The translations under genes were made by a program, and so were the position numbers. Positions 54,507 to 62,907 of a stretch of DNA of 64,000 nucleotides are shown here, in pieces. Within the stretch, counting starts at the first letter, position 1. Each line of letters opens with the position of its first letter. The stretch is from a virus (lineage: Duplodnaviria; Heunggongvirae; Uroviricota; Caudoviricetes), in the IMG/VR virus record IMGVR_UViG_3300044295_000252, positions 2,682 to 66,681 of that record; one strand, given 5' to 3'. The notes beneath the pieces are model-generated. The model searched no databases. It was not told the origin of the DNA and worked only from the letters and a program-made list of their open reading frames with translations.

Positions 54507-55394
54507 ATGTTAGCTGAAGAAGCAGTCAAATTAATGCGTGGTCCCAGTCAAATGCACATTATTTGCATTGATGTGACTAATAAATGTGATTTAGCCTGTA
54601 GTAATTGCACTAGATTATTAGAAAATCAAACGGGTCACTGGGATATGACGCCAGACAATTTTAGACTGGCATTGCGCAGCCTAAAAGACTATTATGGCAT
54701 AATTGCTATGATAGGTGGCAATCCCTGTATGCACAAAGATTTTGTAGAACTATGTGCTATCTTTGTTGAAGAAATTCCCAATAAACTACAGCGTGGACTT
54801 TGGACAAACAATTATTTTAAACACGAACAACTGGTACGTGAAACATTTGGCACATTTAACCTTAATGCTCATGGCGAGGTCAGAGCAGTTGATAATTTGA
54901 AACGACTAGCAGACTATGCGCAAGACAATGGTGCCATAGCTTGGAATTATGCAGGGCACAGTGACCATGCACCAATTTTAACTGCAATGCGTGACCTATA
55001 CAGCGAATCTGACATGTGGGATCGCATCACACAATGTGATATTAATCGCGAATGGAGTGCAAGTATAATCCAAAATAATGGTGAATTGCGAGCATATTTT
55101 TGCGAAGTAGCCGCAGCATTTGACCTAGCTCGTGGAACTGATAATGGACATAAGGTAGAGCCGGGCTGGTGGCGCAAGAACATAACTGAATTTTCGGATC
55201 AAATTAAGCATTTTTGCCCTGGTTGTGGTGTACCTGCCAAACAACAAGGGCACAAGGACCACGAAGAAACAGATACTTATACACAATCTAACGCAGATAT
55301 AGCTGTCAAGGCAAATAAACGCAAAATTATCATGTTAAAACCACAGGATATGCGAGATTTGCCACACAAAGTTACTCAATATAATACCTTATGA
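54507..55394 (+). CDS. Radical SAM protein
   Basis: CDLACSNC (CxxxCxxC) and GGNP; C-terminal CDIN..YFCE..C.GC cysteines. Confidence 0.8.
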   Translation: MLAEEAVKLMRGPSQMHIICIDVTNKCDLACSNCTRLLENQTGHWDMTPDNFRLALRSLKDYYGIIAMIGGNPCMHKDFVELCAIFVEEIPNKLQRGLWTNNYFKHEQLVRETFGTFNLNAHGEVRAVDNLKRLADYAQDNGAIAWNYAGHSDHAPILTAMRDLYSESDMWDRITQCDINREWSASIIQNNGELRAYFCEVAAAFDLARGTDNGHKVEPGWWRKNITEFSDQIKHFCPGCGVPAKQQGHKDHEETDTYTQSNADIAVKANKRKIIMLKPQDMRDLPHKVTQYNTL

Positions 55395-56080
55395 AAACTG
55401 TAGCAGTAATAACCAGTACCACAGGCAGATCAACCCTATCACAAACTGCTGACAGTATCGCTAAACAAACTTATCCCTGCCAACACTATGTTATTTGCGA
55501 TGGCGTATCTAGACCGCAGGATCTTAATCCGCAAATTAAAGTAGTTGAACTACCCAATCGTACCGGTGTTAATGGTATGATGAATGGTGCAATATGTGCT
55601 ATGTCTGCTTTCATAGCCACGGAAGATTATATATGTTGGATAGATGACGACAATTGGATCGAACCCAATCACATAGAATCACTAGTGGAAATAATAAATG
55701 ATGACCACTATGCGTATAGTTTGCGCAATCTTATGTCTGTATCTGGTGAATTTTGGATGCGAGACAATTGTGAAAGTATAGGTTTTCATGGCGACATGAT
55801 AGATGTAAATTGTTTTATGATTAAACGTGACTTTGCAGTTAAGTTAGCACCACTTTGGTATAATACAACTGGCACATTAATGGTTGGTGACAGATATGTA
55901 TTCAATGCATTGCGGCAAAACAAGATCCTGGGAAAGTGTACAGGTTTGTATACTGTAAATTACAGATTAAGTAATAATAGAGATCTTAGACCCTTCTTTT
56001 TCCTAAACAACATCAAAATGCAATCTCATTTTCCACAGGGGTTTCCCTGGGATAAAACTCCAATTAAATCAAGCACTTAG
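55391..56080 (+). CDS. Glycosyltransferase family 2-like
   Basis: VAVIT.T.GR...YVICDG...CWIDDDNW..HIESL (GT-A fold). Confidence 0.75.
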   Translation: MKTVAVITSTTGRSTLSQTADSIAKQTYPCQHYVICDGVSRPQDLNPQIKVVELPNRTGVNGMMNGAICAMSAFIATEDYICWIDDDNWIEPNHIESLVEIINDDHYAYSLRNLMSVSGEFWMRDNCESIGFHGDMIDVNCFMIKRDFAVKLAPLWYNTTGTLMVGDRYVFNALRQNKILGKCTGLYTVNYRLSNNRDLRPFFFLNNIKMQSHFPQGFPWDKTPIKSST

Positions 56081-56096
56081 ATGATATAAATTTCGG

Positions 56097-56124
56097 TTGA
56101 CATTTTGGCTCATAAGTGTATAAT
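56097..56124 (+). promoter_or_regulatory. Early promoter TTGACA-N16-TATAAT
   Basis: Near-copy of the 44725 promoter. Confidence 0.75.
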
Positions 56125-56156
56125 AGCGGTATAGATTAATAACACAGGAACGAAAG

Positions 56157-56492
56157 ATGCTGAAAGAACAAGAATTGAAAACGGTATCGGCGGGTTGCTA
56201 TGCGTATGCTGCGATTCGTGACGCTAATCGTTACAGTGACGAATGCCGCGTTACCTACACTGCAAAACAACAGGCATCAGCAGAAACTTTCAAAGATATC
56301 ATTGAGTTAGCTTATCACAGCAAGAAGTTTTATTTGGAATATCGCAAAACAATGATCAGCATCAAAGTAGCTGCACCTTTTATCGTGCGCGATCGCAAAA
56401 TGCTTAATGAGCTGGATGCAATCGCCGAAGAACGCGGCTACGAAAAGGTTCGCAGTGCGCAGGGTCTTCGTTATCGTATACCACGAGCCTAA
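56157..56492 (+). CDS. Hypothetical early protein
   Basis: SD AGGA after an early promoter. Confidence 0.65.
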   Translation: MLKEQELKTVSAGCYAYAAIRDANRYSDECRVTYTAKQQASAETFKDIIELAYHSKKFYLEYRKTMISIKVAAPFIVRDRKMLNELDAIAEERGYEKVRSAQGLRYRIPRA

Positions 56493-56493
56493 T

Positions 56494-56835
56494 ATGAAAC
56501 GAACCTACAGTATTTGGCATACTCGCAGCAGCGAAACCAATGAGATCACAGACTTTTGGGTCTCGGACATCACTGCCGAAGAGCAAGAGCGCAGCCAGAA
56601 ACTCTATGAAAAACTAACCTATCAAGAAGCTGTTAAGTACCGCGATCAAGAATTTATCCGCCCGCGCATCGCTACGTTCCCTGTCAGTGAGCTGTATTCT
56701 GAAGATGAACAGCGTAACCGGGCCCGTATGTTGCGCGACTACTTGAACAAGATCCAGGAAGCCAAGGAACGCGCCGAAAGTGAAACCGCATTCATTGATG
56801 TTCTGACTGCGGGTGCAAACAACACAACGCCATAA
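56494..56835 (+). CDS. Hypothetical early protein
   Basis: ATG 1 nt after the previous stop. Confidence 0.6.
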   Translation: MKRTYSIWHTRSSETNEITDFWVSDITAEEQERSQKLYEKLTYQEAVKYRDQEFIRPRIATFPVSELYSEDEQRNRARMLRDYLNKIQEAKERAESETAFIDVLTAGANNTTP

Positions 56836-56839
56836 CCGG

Positions 56840-56868
56840 TTGACACTGAACGCAAATTACGCTATTAT
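56840..56868 (+). promoter_or_regulatory. Early promoter TTGACA-N17-TATTAT
   Basis: Upstream of DNA ligase. Confidence 0.65.
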
Positions 56869-56899
56869 ACTGTTTTACTACTAAACATTTGAGGAATCA

Positions 56900-58321
56900 A
56901 TGAGCGCAAAGCTGAATCCCTGGCAAGTATTGAAAACGTTAGCGGCTACTGACAGTCGCTTGGAAAAAGAGCGCGTCATTGCAGAGCAGATGCAGGCTAA
57001 CAACAGTGCGCTCTTTGCTGGGTTTCGTTTAGCCTATGACGCTATGATTACGTTTGGCGTTAAACAAGTACCCAGCCGCAGTGGCCCTGATGGCTCAGGG
57101 CTCAGTCACGCTGCATTCGTCAAACTTGCAGATCAGCTGCAAGCTCGTGAACTCACTGGGCATGACGCTCGTGACGCCATTCAAGCGGCCATGCAGTCTG
57201 CTACTAACGCAGAGTGGAACGACTGGTACCGACTGATTCTTATCAAAGATCTTAAGTGCGGTACTTCTGATTCCACCATTAACAAAGTCGCAGCCAAGCT
57301 CAAGCATGATGAGTTTGCGATTCCGCTGTTTGAATGTCAACTGGCCAAGGACTGCACCGACGATGATGGCAACGTTGATGAAAGTTTGCTCAAGGGTCGC
57401 AAACAAGTTGACGTGAAACTGGATGGCATGCGTGTTCTGACTATCGTTCGGCCCAACGGTCAAGTGGATCAATTTAGCCGCAATGGCAAAGAGCTCCTGA
57501 ACTTTACTGTCATCAAAGACCAAATTGCTAAAACTGCAAAATATTTTAAGGTTCCTACAGTGCTGGACGGCGAAGTCATGTCCGCTAGTTTCCAGGACTT
57601 GATGAAACAAGCACGACGCAAAAGCGATGTTCAAGCTGATGACTCAGTGCTGAACTTGTTTGACATCGTTCCGCTGGATGAATTCCTGTCCGGCGAAGGT
57701 CGGCTTAAACAAAGCCAGCGCAATACTGCTCTCCAAACGTGGTATGATGCTAATGCTGACAAGCTGGATAATGTCACTGTCGTGGGTCACGAAATTGTTG
57801 ATCTGGGCACCGCAGAGGGGCAGAAAAAGCTCATGGAGATTAATGCCCGCGCACTCGCTGGCAAATATGAAGGCATCATGCTCAAAGACGTTGATGCTGT
57901 TTACGAATGCAAGCGCAGCTATAACTGGCTCAAGATGAAGCCGTTTATTGAAGAGTCCCTGCGGGTCGTAGCTGTGGAAGAAGGCAAGCCCGACAGCAAA
58001 TTTGTTGGTACCATGGGTGCATTGGTCTGCGAAGATGTAGTGGATGGCAAACCTGTTCGCGTTAACGTGGGCAGCGGCTACAGCATTCAACAACGTGCTC
58101 AGATCTGGGCTGACTATACGGGCAAACCTGTGGTGTGGCAAAAAAAGGTGGAACGCAAGTGGGTACAGGTTACTGAACAGCCTAGCGGAGAGTCTGTAGT
58201 GGGGCAAATTGCAGAAGTTCGAGCTGATGCACTGACCAAATCGCAGGATGGTGAATACTGGAGCATGCGTTTCCCGCGCTTCAAAACGTTCCGTGGATTT
58301 AAGCGTGGAGAAAAACTGTGA
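56900..58321 (+). CDS. ATP-dependent DNA ligase
   Basis: KLDG adenylation motif, VLDGEV, EGIMLK, WLKMK and RFPRF. Confidence 0.93.
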   Translation: MSAKLNPWQVLKTLAATDSRLEKERVIAEQMQANNSALFAGFRLAYDAMITFGVKQVPSRSGPDGSGLSHAAFVKLADQLQARELTGHDARDAIQAAMQSATNAEWNDWYRLILIKDLKCGTSDSTINKVAAKLKHDEFAIPLFECQLAKDCTDDDGNVDESLLKGRKQVDVKLDGMRVLTIVRPNGQVDQFSRNGKELLNFTVIKDQIAKTAKYFKVPTVLDGEVMSASFQDLMKQARRKSDVQADDSVLNLFDIVPLDEFLSGEGRLKQSQRNTALQTWYDANADKLDNVTVVGHEIVDLGTAEGQKKLMEINARALAGKYEGIMLKDVDAVYECKRSYNWLKMKPFIEESLRVVAVEEGKPDSKFVGTMGALVCEDVVDGKPVRVNVGSGYSIQQRAQIWADYTGKPVVWQKKVERKWVQVTEQPSGESVVGQIAEVRADALTKSQDGEYWSMRFPRFKTFRGFKRGEKL

Positions 58322-58587
58322 TTGAAGGCAAGTTACTTTCCCTAACTGTGGGTGCATGCAATTGCATGACCAAGACGCCAGAAGCCAGTTACCACAATGA
58401 AAACTGTCCAGTGAGAATTGTGTCTGACGCTATTTTTGAACTCACAAAATTGCGATCCAGCAATGAACGATTGTCTGGAGAAATTGGTTCCTGGGAACGG
58501 GTGTTTGATCAATGCTGCGAACGTGAGGCCAAACTTCGCATTAAGCTTAAAGAGCTCGAGGAAAAATTAGGAGAGGGTAAAAACTAA
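58318..58587 (+). CDS. Hypothetical protein
   Basis: GTGA overlap with the ligase stop. Confidence 0.5.
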   Translation: MIEGKLLSLTVGACNCMTKTPEASYHNENCPVRIVSDAIFELTKLRSSNERLSGEIGSWERVFDQCCEREAKLRIKLKELEEKLGEGKN

Positions 58588-58863
58588 ATGATCCAATTCA
58601 ACGCAGTGATCCGTAATCCGTTTAGCCATAGATTCAGCACATTTTTTTATCGTGGTGGCGAATTCCCCATTAAAAACAAATGCTGGGAAGTTCAGGGCAT
58701 GCTAACTAACGATATCTTGAACATTAACTTTTCCCTAACCACAAGAACGGATCACGCAGGCCTAAGAGTTCAACTGGGTCTATTGGGCGTAAACTTCTGC
58801 TTAGACGTTTATGATTCACGTCACTGGAACGACGATGCAGATGGCTGGCAAACATATCAATAA
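58588..58863 (+). CDS. Hypothetical protein
   Basis: Abuts the previous ORF; GAGG upstream. Confidence 0.55.
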   Translation: MIQFNAVIRNPFSHRFSTFFYRGGEFPIKNKCWEVQGMLTNDILNINFSLTTRTDHAGLRVQLGLLGVNFCLDVYDSRHWNDDADGWQTYQ

Positions 58864-58881
58864 CTAACGAAAGGAAATACC

Positions 58882-59064
58882 ATGAGGGGTTCTAGCTTCA
58901 ACTTGAAACAAACTACTAAACGCATTGCATGCATGATTTTGGATGCTCATGAGCGTGGCGAGTATCTGCGCCTAATGATTTCAGCCCAAAAGGCAGCAGA
59001 ACATCATGCCACTAGTCGTGTCAAGGAACGTCCTGCACGGACTGAGTCACAAGACTCTGAATAA
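58882..59064 (+). CDS. Hypothetical protein (60 aa)
   Basis: SD AAGGA. Confidence 0.6.
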   Translation: MRGSSFNLKQTTKRIACMILDAHERGEYLRLMISAQKAAEHHATSRVKERPARTESQDSE

Positions 59065-59070
59065 CTGTGG

Positions 59071-59099
59071 TTAGTCGCATAAATACTGAATGCGATTAA
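59071..59099 (+). promoter_or_regulatory. Late promoter CATAAATA (59078-85) within a 10-bp hairpin covering the ATG
   Basis: TTAGTCGCAT (59071-80) pairs with ATGCGATTAA (59090-99), one G-U pair. Confidence 0.65.
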
Positions 59100-59785
59100 C
59101 AGAGTTCAAAAACACATTTCAGTATCACAACAGTCTAAATCCTGTAGCTTGGTCTGGGCTAGAACTAAAGCCCGAGGTCAGGCTACATCTTTTGCGTACT
59201 GCCAAAGAATTCATTAGATATCTTGAGTTGCCTGAATTAGATGTTAGGGATATAATTTTAGTTGGCAGCAATGCCAATTATAATTGGAACCAATTCAGCG
59301 ATTTCGATGTACATGTTGTAGCCAGTTACGACAGTATTAATTGTGATGCCAGTGCTGCATTGTTTAAAGCTAAAAAAGATCTTTGGAACAGTGCACATGA
59401 TGTGACGATACAGGGTTATGATGTGGAAATGTATGTTCAGGATACTGAGGAACATCTCCGCAGCGAGGGTCAGTTCAGTTTATTAAATAATACCTGGATA
59501 ACCGAACCTACACATACTCCGCCAACCGTAAATGATGCGGCGGTGGCAACCAAGACTAAGGCCATGATTCATGAGATACGTCAAATCTTGGATGAAAAAC
59601 ATGATGCCAGCGACATAGAACGTGTTTGGGCAAAAATCAAAAATATGTGCAAATCAGGGTTAGAGTCGCGAGGTGAGTTCAGCGTGGAAAACCTAGTATT
59701 TAAAAACCTGCGCAATGCAAACTATTTGGAAATGCTGACCAAAGCTAAAAACGCTATAATAGACGATGAATTAAGTTTAAAATGA
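59090..59785 (+). CDS. Pol-beta-family nucleotidyltransferase
   Basis: ILVGSNANYNWNQFSDFDVH (GS..DxD) and a third acidic site in YDVEMY. Confidence 0.75.
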   Translation: MRLTEFKNTFQYHNSLNPVAWSGLELKPEVRLHLLRTAKEFIRYLELPELDVRDIILVGSNANYNWNQFSDFDVHVVASYDSINCDASAALFKAKKDLWNSAHDVTIQGYDVEMYVQDTEEHLRSEGQFSLLNNTWITEPTHTPPTVNDAAVATKTKAMIHEIRQILDEKHDASDIERVWAKIKNMCKSGLESRGEFSVENLVFKNLRNANYLEMLTKAKNAIIDDELSLK

Positions 59786-59808
59786 AAATGGGGCGCTAGG
59801 CCCCATTT
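59786..59808. terminator. Terminator between convergent genes
   Basis: AAATGGGGC-GCTAG-GCCCCATTT. Confidence 0.75.
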
Positions 59809-59827
59809 CCATTATAGATAAAACTAA

Positions 59828-60019
59828 TTACTTTTTAGCTTCTTCCTTTTTGGCTTCAGCTTTTGCAGGAGCGGCTTTCTTAGCTTCTTCCTTTTTAGCT
59901 TCTACCTTCTTAGCTTCTGCCTTCTTAGCTTCTGCCTTGACTTCAGGTGCCTTGGCAGGCTCGGCTGCTACTGCTGATACTGCGAACAATGCTAGAACTG
60001 CTACTAGTAGATGTTTCAT
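59828..60019 (-). CDS. Small secreted Ala/Lys/Glu-repeat protein
   Basis: Signal peptide MKHLLVAVLALFAVSAVAA followed by AEAKK-like repeats; SD AAGGAG. Confidence 0.7.
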   Translation of the reverse strand: MKHLLVAVLALFAVSAVAAEPAKAPEVKAEAKKAEAKKVEAKKEEAKKAAPAKAEAKKEEAKK

Positions 60020-60058
60020 TTACTTCTCCTTATATAATCGTTACAACAATGCGTAACG

Positions 60059-60066
60059 TATTTATT
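60059..60066 (-). promoter_or_regulatory. Late-type promoter AATAAATA (minus strand)
   Basis: Upstream of 60019; flanked by ATGCGT/ACGCAT inverted repeat. Confidence 0.45.
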
Positions 60067-60146
60067 ATAACGCATGGTACAAGTAAAAAGTATACATAAA
60101 GTCTAAAAAAGGTTAAAAAATTTGGCGAAATAGTTACCATAATGTC

Positions 60147-60174
60147 TTGATTTAATTTTGATTTTGCTTATAAT
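60147..60174 (+). promoter_or_regulatory. Sigma70-like promoter TTGATT-N16-TATAAT
   Basis: Upstream of SD AAGGAG and ATG 60208. Confidence 0.55.
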
Positions 60175-60207
60175 AGATAGTGTTGTTTTATTAAAGGAGA
60201 TAAACAA

Positions 60208-60435
60208 ATGGCATTTGCAACAATCAAAATGAGTCAAAATAAGTTTTTGGTTAAGTATCTGCGTGGTACTGGTCGTGTATTGAGTGCAGCACAAGCTGAA
60301 TCACTGTATGGGATTCAAAATCTTCGTGCTCGCATGACCGAACTTCGCAACGAAGGTTTCAAAGTTCGTACTCACAAAAACACCGAAGGCCGCACCGCGT
60401 ATGCAGTCAGCCGTCGTATGATTGGCCAGTTTTAA
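60208..60435 (+). CDS. Small winged-HTH DNA-binding protein
   Basis: LS..QA..LYGI.NLRARM.ELR..G pattern. Confidence 0.65.
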   Translation: MAFATIKMSQNKFLVKYLRGTGRVLSAAQAESLYGIQNLRARMTELRNEGFKVRTHKNTEGRTAYAVSRRMIGQF

Positions 60436-60461
60436 TCTAAACTGACAATCTTGATGTAAAT

Positions 60462-60491
60462 AATGAAGGCATGCACAAACATGCCTTCATT
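60462..60491 (+). terminator. Perfect 12-bp hairpin preceded by late-type TGTAAATA (60455-62)
   Basis: AATGAAGGCATG-CACAAA-CATGCCTTCATT. Confidence 0.7.
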
Positions 60492-60502
60492 CTTCAAATA
60501 TC

Positions 60503-60715
60503 ATGACAAACGAAATCAAACCACATCACTTGCGTCGCGGTGAAACAATCACTCGTGTTCGCAATACCATCACAGGTGACGTATTCTTTACCAGTAACCT
60601 ATATCAAAAGTATATCAACGGAGATGTTTATGTTGGAGTATTTACGAAATGCGATGAACACCATTTTAGAAAAGTCAACTGGATGCGTAAAGATCATCTA
60701 CAAAAAATTAAATAA
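60503..60715 (+). CDS. Hypothetical protein
   Basis: 70-aa ORF after the hairpin. Confidence 0.55.
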   Translation: MTNEIKPHHLRRGETITRVRNTITGDVFFTSNLYQKYINGDVYVGVFTKCDEHHFRKVNWMRKDHLQKIK

Positions 60716-60722
60716 AGACCAC

Positions 60723-61214
60723 ATGGCCACAAACGATCTTAATACTACACCCGATTCCAATATTGACAGCAGTGAGTCAACAGATCAATCAAAATGGATT
60801 GTTCATAACATGTCCAACAATTCGTTCACCACTTATTCTACCCCAATGACCACTACTACCCTCTCGATGCCCAATATGTCTACCGCTAATATAGCTTGGA
60901 ACACCACAGGAATCACAGGTGCCGGTGGTGTTGGTGGGTTCGGCGGTGGCGGTGGTACCACTTACACTTTTACTAACCCATTAACCTACACAAATGGTCT
61001 AAGCGGGGGTCTTAATTTAGATAAAGATGCAGATATTAAGATTGGTGACCGCAGCTTAAAGGAATTTATGGACACGGTGTCAGACCGACTGGCCATACTG
61101 CAACCCGATCCTGCTAAACTAGAGCAATTTGCTGCACTAAAAGCCGCTTACGAACATTACAAAATGCTAGAACGGTTAATTGGCGATGCGGAACCTGGCA
61201 ATAATGAACAATGA
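60723..61214 (+). CDS. Hypothetical protein with Thr/Gly low-complexity N-terminal half
   Basis: Start 60723 avoids overlap; C-terminal RLAILQPD...L..AYEHYK domain. Confidence 0.6.
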   Translation: MATNDLNTTPDSNIDSSESTDQSKWIVHNMSNNSFTTYSTPMTTTTLSMPNMSTANIAWNTTGITGAGGVGGFGGGGGTTYTFTNPLTYTNGLSGGLNLDKDADIKIGDRSLKEFMDTVSDRLAILQPDPAKLEQFAALKAAYEHYKMLERLIGDAEPGNNEQ

Positions 61215-61581
61215 GTTTTTAAAAAAGTACCAAATTAACGTTATTGATAGAAACAAACGGTGTGCAAAATATCGTCCCTTGGATCTCAAATTTTTTACGG
61301 ACGCAATGGACAAGGATATTGTTCAACAACATTTGTCCTACGACACCGAAGCCTTGCTTACTGTAGATATTCCTCAAAGTCAGTTGGAACGACTTGAAAA
61401 AATTGACCATGCACTGTTCAAAAAACAGGAAAACTATGGCAATCTTTTAGAGGTAATTTTTGAACAAAAATCACAAGAAAAACGTATACGTAATGCCAAC
61501 CTAGCTGTTAAACAGGCATATGAGCAATATAGTCTACTGCTACATTTAGCAGGGTATCAGGATAAAACCGGACTGGACTAA
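61204..61581 (+). CDS. Hypothetical protein
   Basis: Overlap-coupled ORF. Confidence 0.55.
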   Translation: MNNEFLKKYQINVIDRNKRCAKYRPLDLKFFTDAMDKDIVQQHLSYDTEALLTVDIPQSQLERLEKIDHALFKKQENYGNLLEVIFEQKSQEKRIRNANLAVKQAYEQYSLLLHLAGYQDKTGLD

Positions 61582-61609
61582 GTGCTTGAATTAGCAGATC
61601 TCTTTGTGA

Positions 61610-61638
61610 TTGACAAACTGAGATCAAAAACGTATAAT
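61610..61638 (+). promoter_or_regulatory. Consensus sigma70 promoter TTGACA-N17-TATAAT
   Basis: Perfect consensus; predicted +1 falls at ATG 61645. Confidence 0.8.
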
Positions 61639-61644
61639 AACAGC

Positions 61645-62106
61645 ATGGATAATACAAAATTTCAAGTTTTCCTTGACCTTGAGCAAACGGTTATCACAAA
61701 TTGGGATGACGGGTTGTTGGCCAATACTACTCAAGTTCGTGAGTTCCTAGCAGCTCAGGGAGCTCGTCAATTTACTGTGTTCAGCTTTGCAGTTTGGAAT
61801 GATCAAGATCATGAAGACTTCCAACGTAGGCATCGCAGAGTGCTAGAACGCGGGCTAGACTGTTTTTGCGCGGCCTGCCCCACAGTGCAACATTTTATGA
61901 AGGCAGACACTGAAGTCACAGGTGTTCACTTTGATAGTTTGACTGATTTTATCAGTATCCGCGGCAAAGTGGGTGCATTTACAAACTGGGTCAAATCTAA
62001 AGGCATCAGTCATGCGTTGTTGGTAGACGATGTTGTGCCCAACATTGACATCGTTGACCGAGATACTGGCAACGTCATCCGCTTTGTCAACGTAGATAGT
62101 TTATGA
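61645..62106 (+). CDS. HAD-superfamily-like protein
   Basis: VFLDLEQTV (variant DxD) and LLVDD; the promoter position favours start 61645. Confidence 0.5.
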   Translation: MDNTKFQVFLDLEQTVITNWDDGLLANTTQVREFLAAQGARQFTVFSFAVWNDQDHEDFQRRHRRVLERGLDCFCAACPTVQHFMKADTEVTGVHFDSLTDFISIRGKVGAFTNWVKSKGISHALLVDDVVPNIDIVDRDTGNVIRFVNVDSL

Positions 62107-62441
62107 GCAATACTTATATCGCTATGTGGTGTAACGAAGGGCTTGAATGTGTTCTCGGTGTCACAGACATGGAATATAGTGACCTCATGCGAACCCTGAG
62201 CACTGGCCAAATTCACACCACCACAATTGATCATTATTTAACTATGATGAAGTTTCGGGCTCGTTACAACAGTCAACGCCACTATGAAATCTATGCGTTC
62301 AATGCGCAGGAAGGTATTAGCAAAGAAGACATAGAAGGCATGTTTGCGTCAGATCCGCAGACCGCTGCTGATACAATACGTCGCATTGGCGAAGTAATAC
62401 ATAGCGATCGCGCAAAAGAAGATAAGATTGTAATTAAATAA
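62103..62441 (+). CDS. Hypothetical protein
   Basis: ATGA-type overlap. Confidence 0.6.
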   Translation: MSNTYIAMWCNEGLECVLGVTDMEYSDLMRTLSTGQIHTTTIDHYLTMMKFRARYNSQRHYEIYAFNAQEGISKEDIEGMFASDPQTAADTIRRIGEVIHSDRAKEDKIVIK

Positions 62442-62505
62442 GGAGATACTGTGGGTACAATTTATTTTGGAATAACTGGATCCTATTCACGAAGGTAAAT
62501 ACAAA

Positions 62506-62865
62506 ATGGAAATACTTTTCTATCTAGCAGGTGTTGCGGTGGCGGTGATGCTGTATGACCACTTTGTACGCGCTTCGGCCACTATAGCAGAAAATGTAGC
62601 GGACTTTCGCGAAGCCCTGCGCACTATGCTGTTTCTAAAGGTAGAGGAAGTTAGGGATCCGCAAAGTGACAAAACCATTTACCTAGCGTTTGATCTCAAA
62701 ACCAATAGGTTCATGGGGCAGGACTTTGCGGCTGACCTTTTGTATCGCAGCCTTTTTGAGCGCAGTCCAGAAGTCACTATGCTTTGGGTTCATACCAAAG
62801 ACACTGGTGACAACATGATCAGAGTAGACAAAGATCAGATACTGGTTGACACAGCGACGGTTTGA
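62506..62865 (+). CDS. Hypothetical protein with N-terminal TM helix
   Basis: ILFYLAGVAVAVMLY; GGTAAATA at 62494-501. Confidence 0.55.
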   Translation: MEILFYLAGVAVAVMLYDHFVRASATIAENVADFREALRTMLFLKVEEVRDPQSDKTIYLAFDLKTNRFMGQDFAADLLYRSLFERSPEVTMLWVHTKDTGDNMIRVDKDQILVDTATV

Positions 62866-62874
62866 TGCTATAAT
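62846..62874 (+). promoter_or_regulatory. Consensus early promoter TTGACA-N17-TATAAT with extended -10
   Basis: GGTTGACA...TGCTATAAT. Confidence 0.8.
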
Positions 62875-62907
62875 AACTGAACCAATGAAAACTCTGAGGA
62901 CTCAATC

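Noticed and set aside
57054-58357. Alternative-frame ORFs over DNA ligase (57095-57634, 57644-58357)
   Set aside because: Shadows of a well-supported ligase gene.
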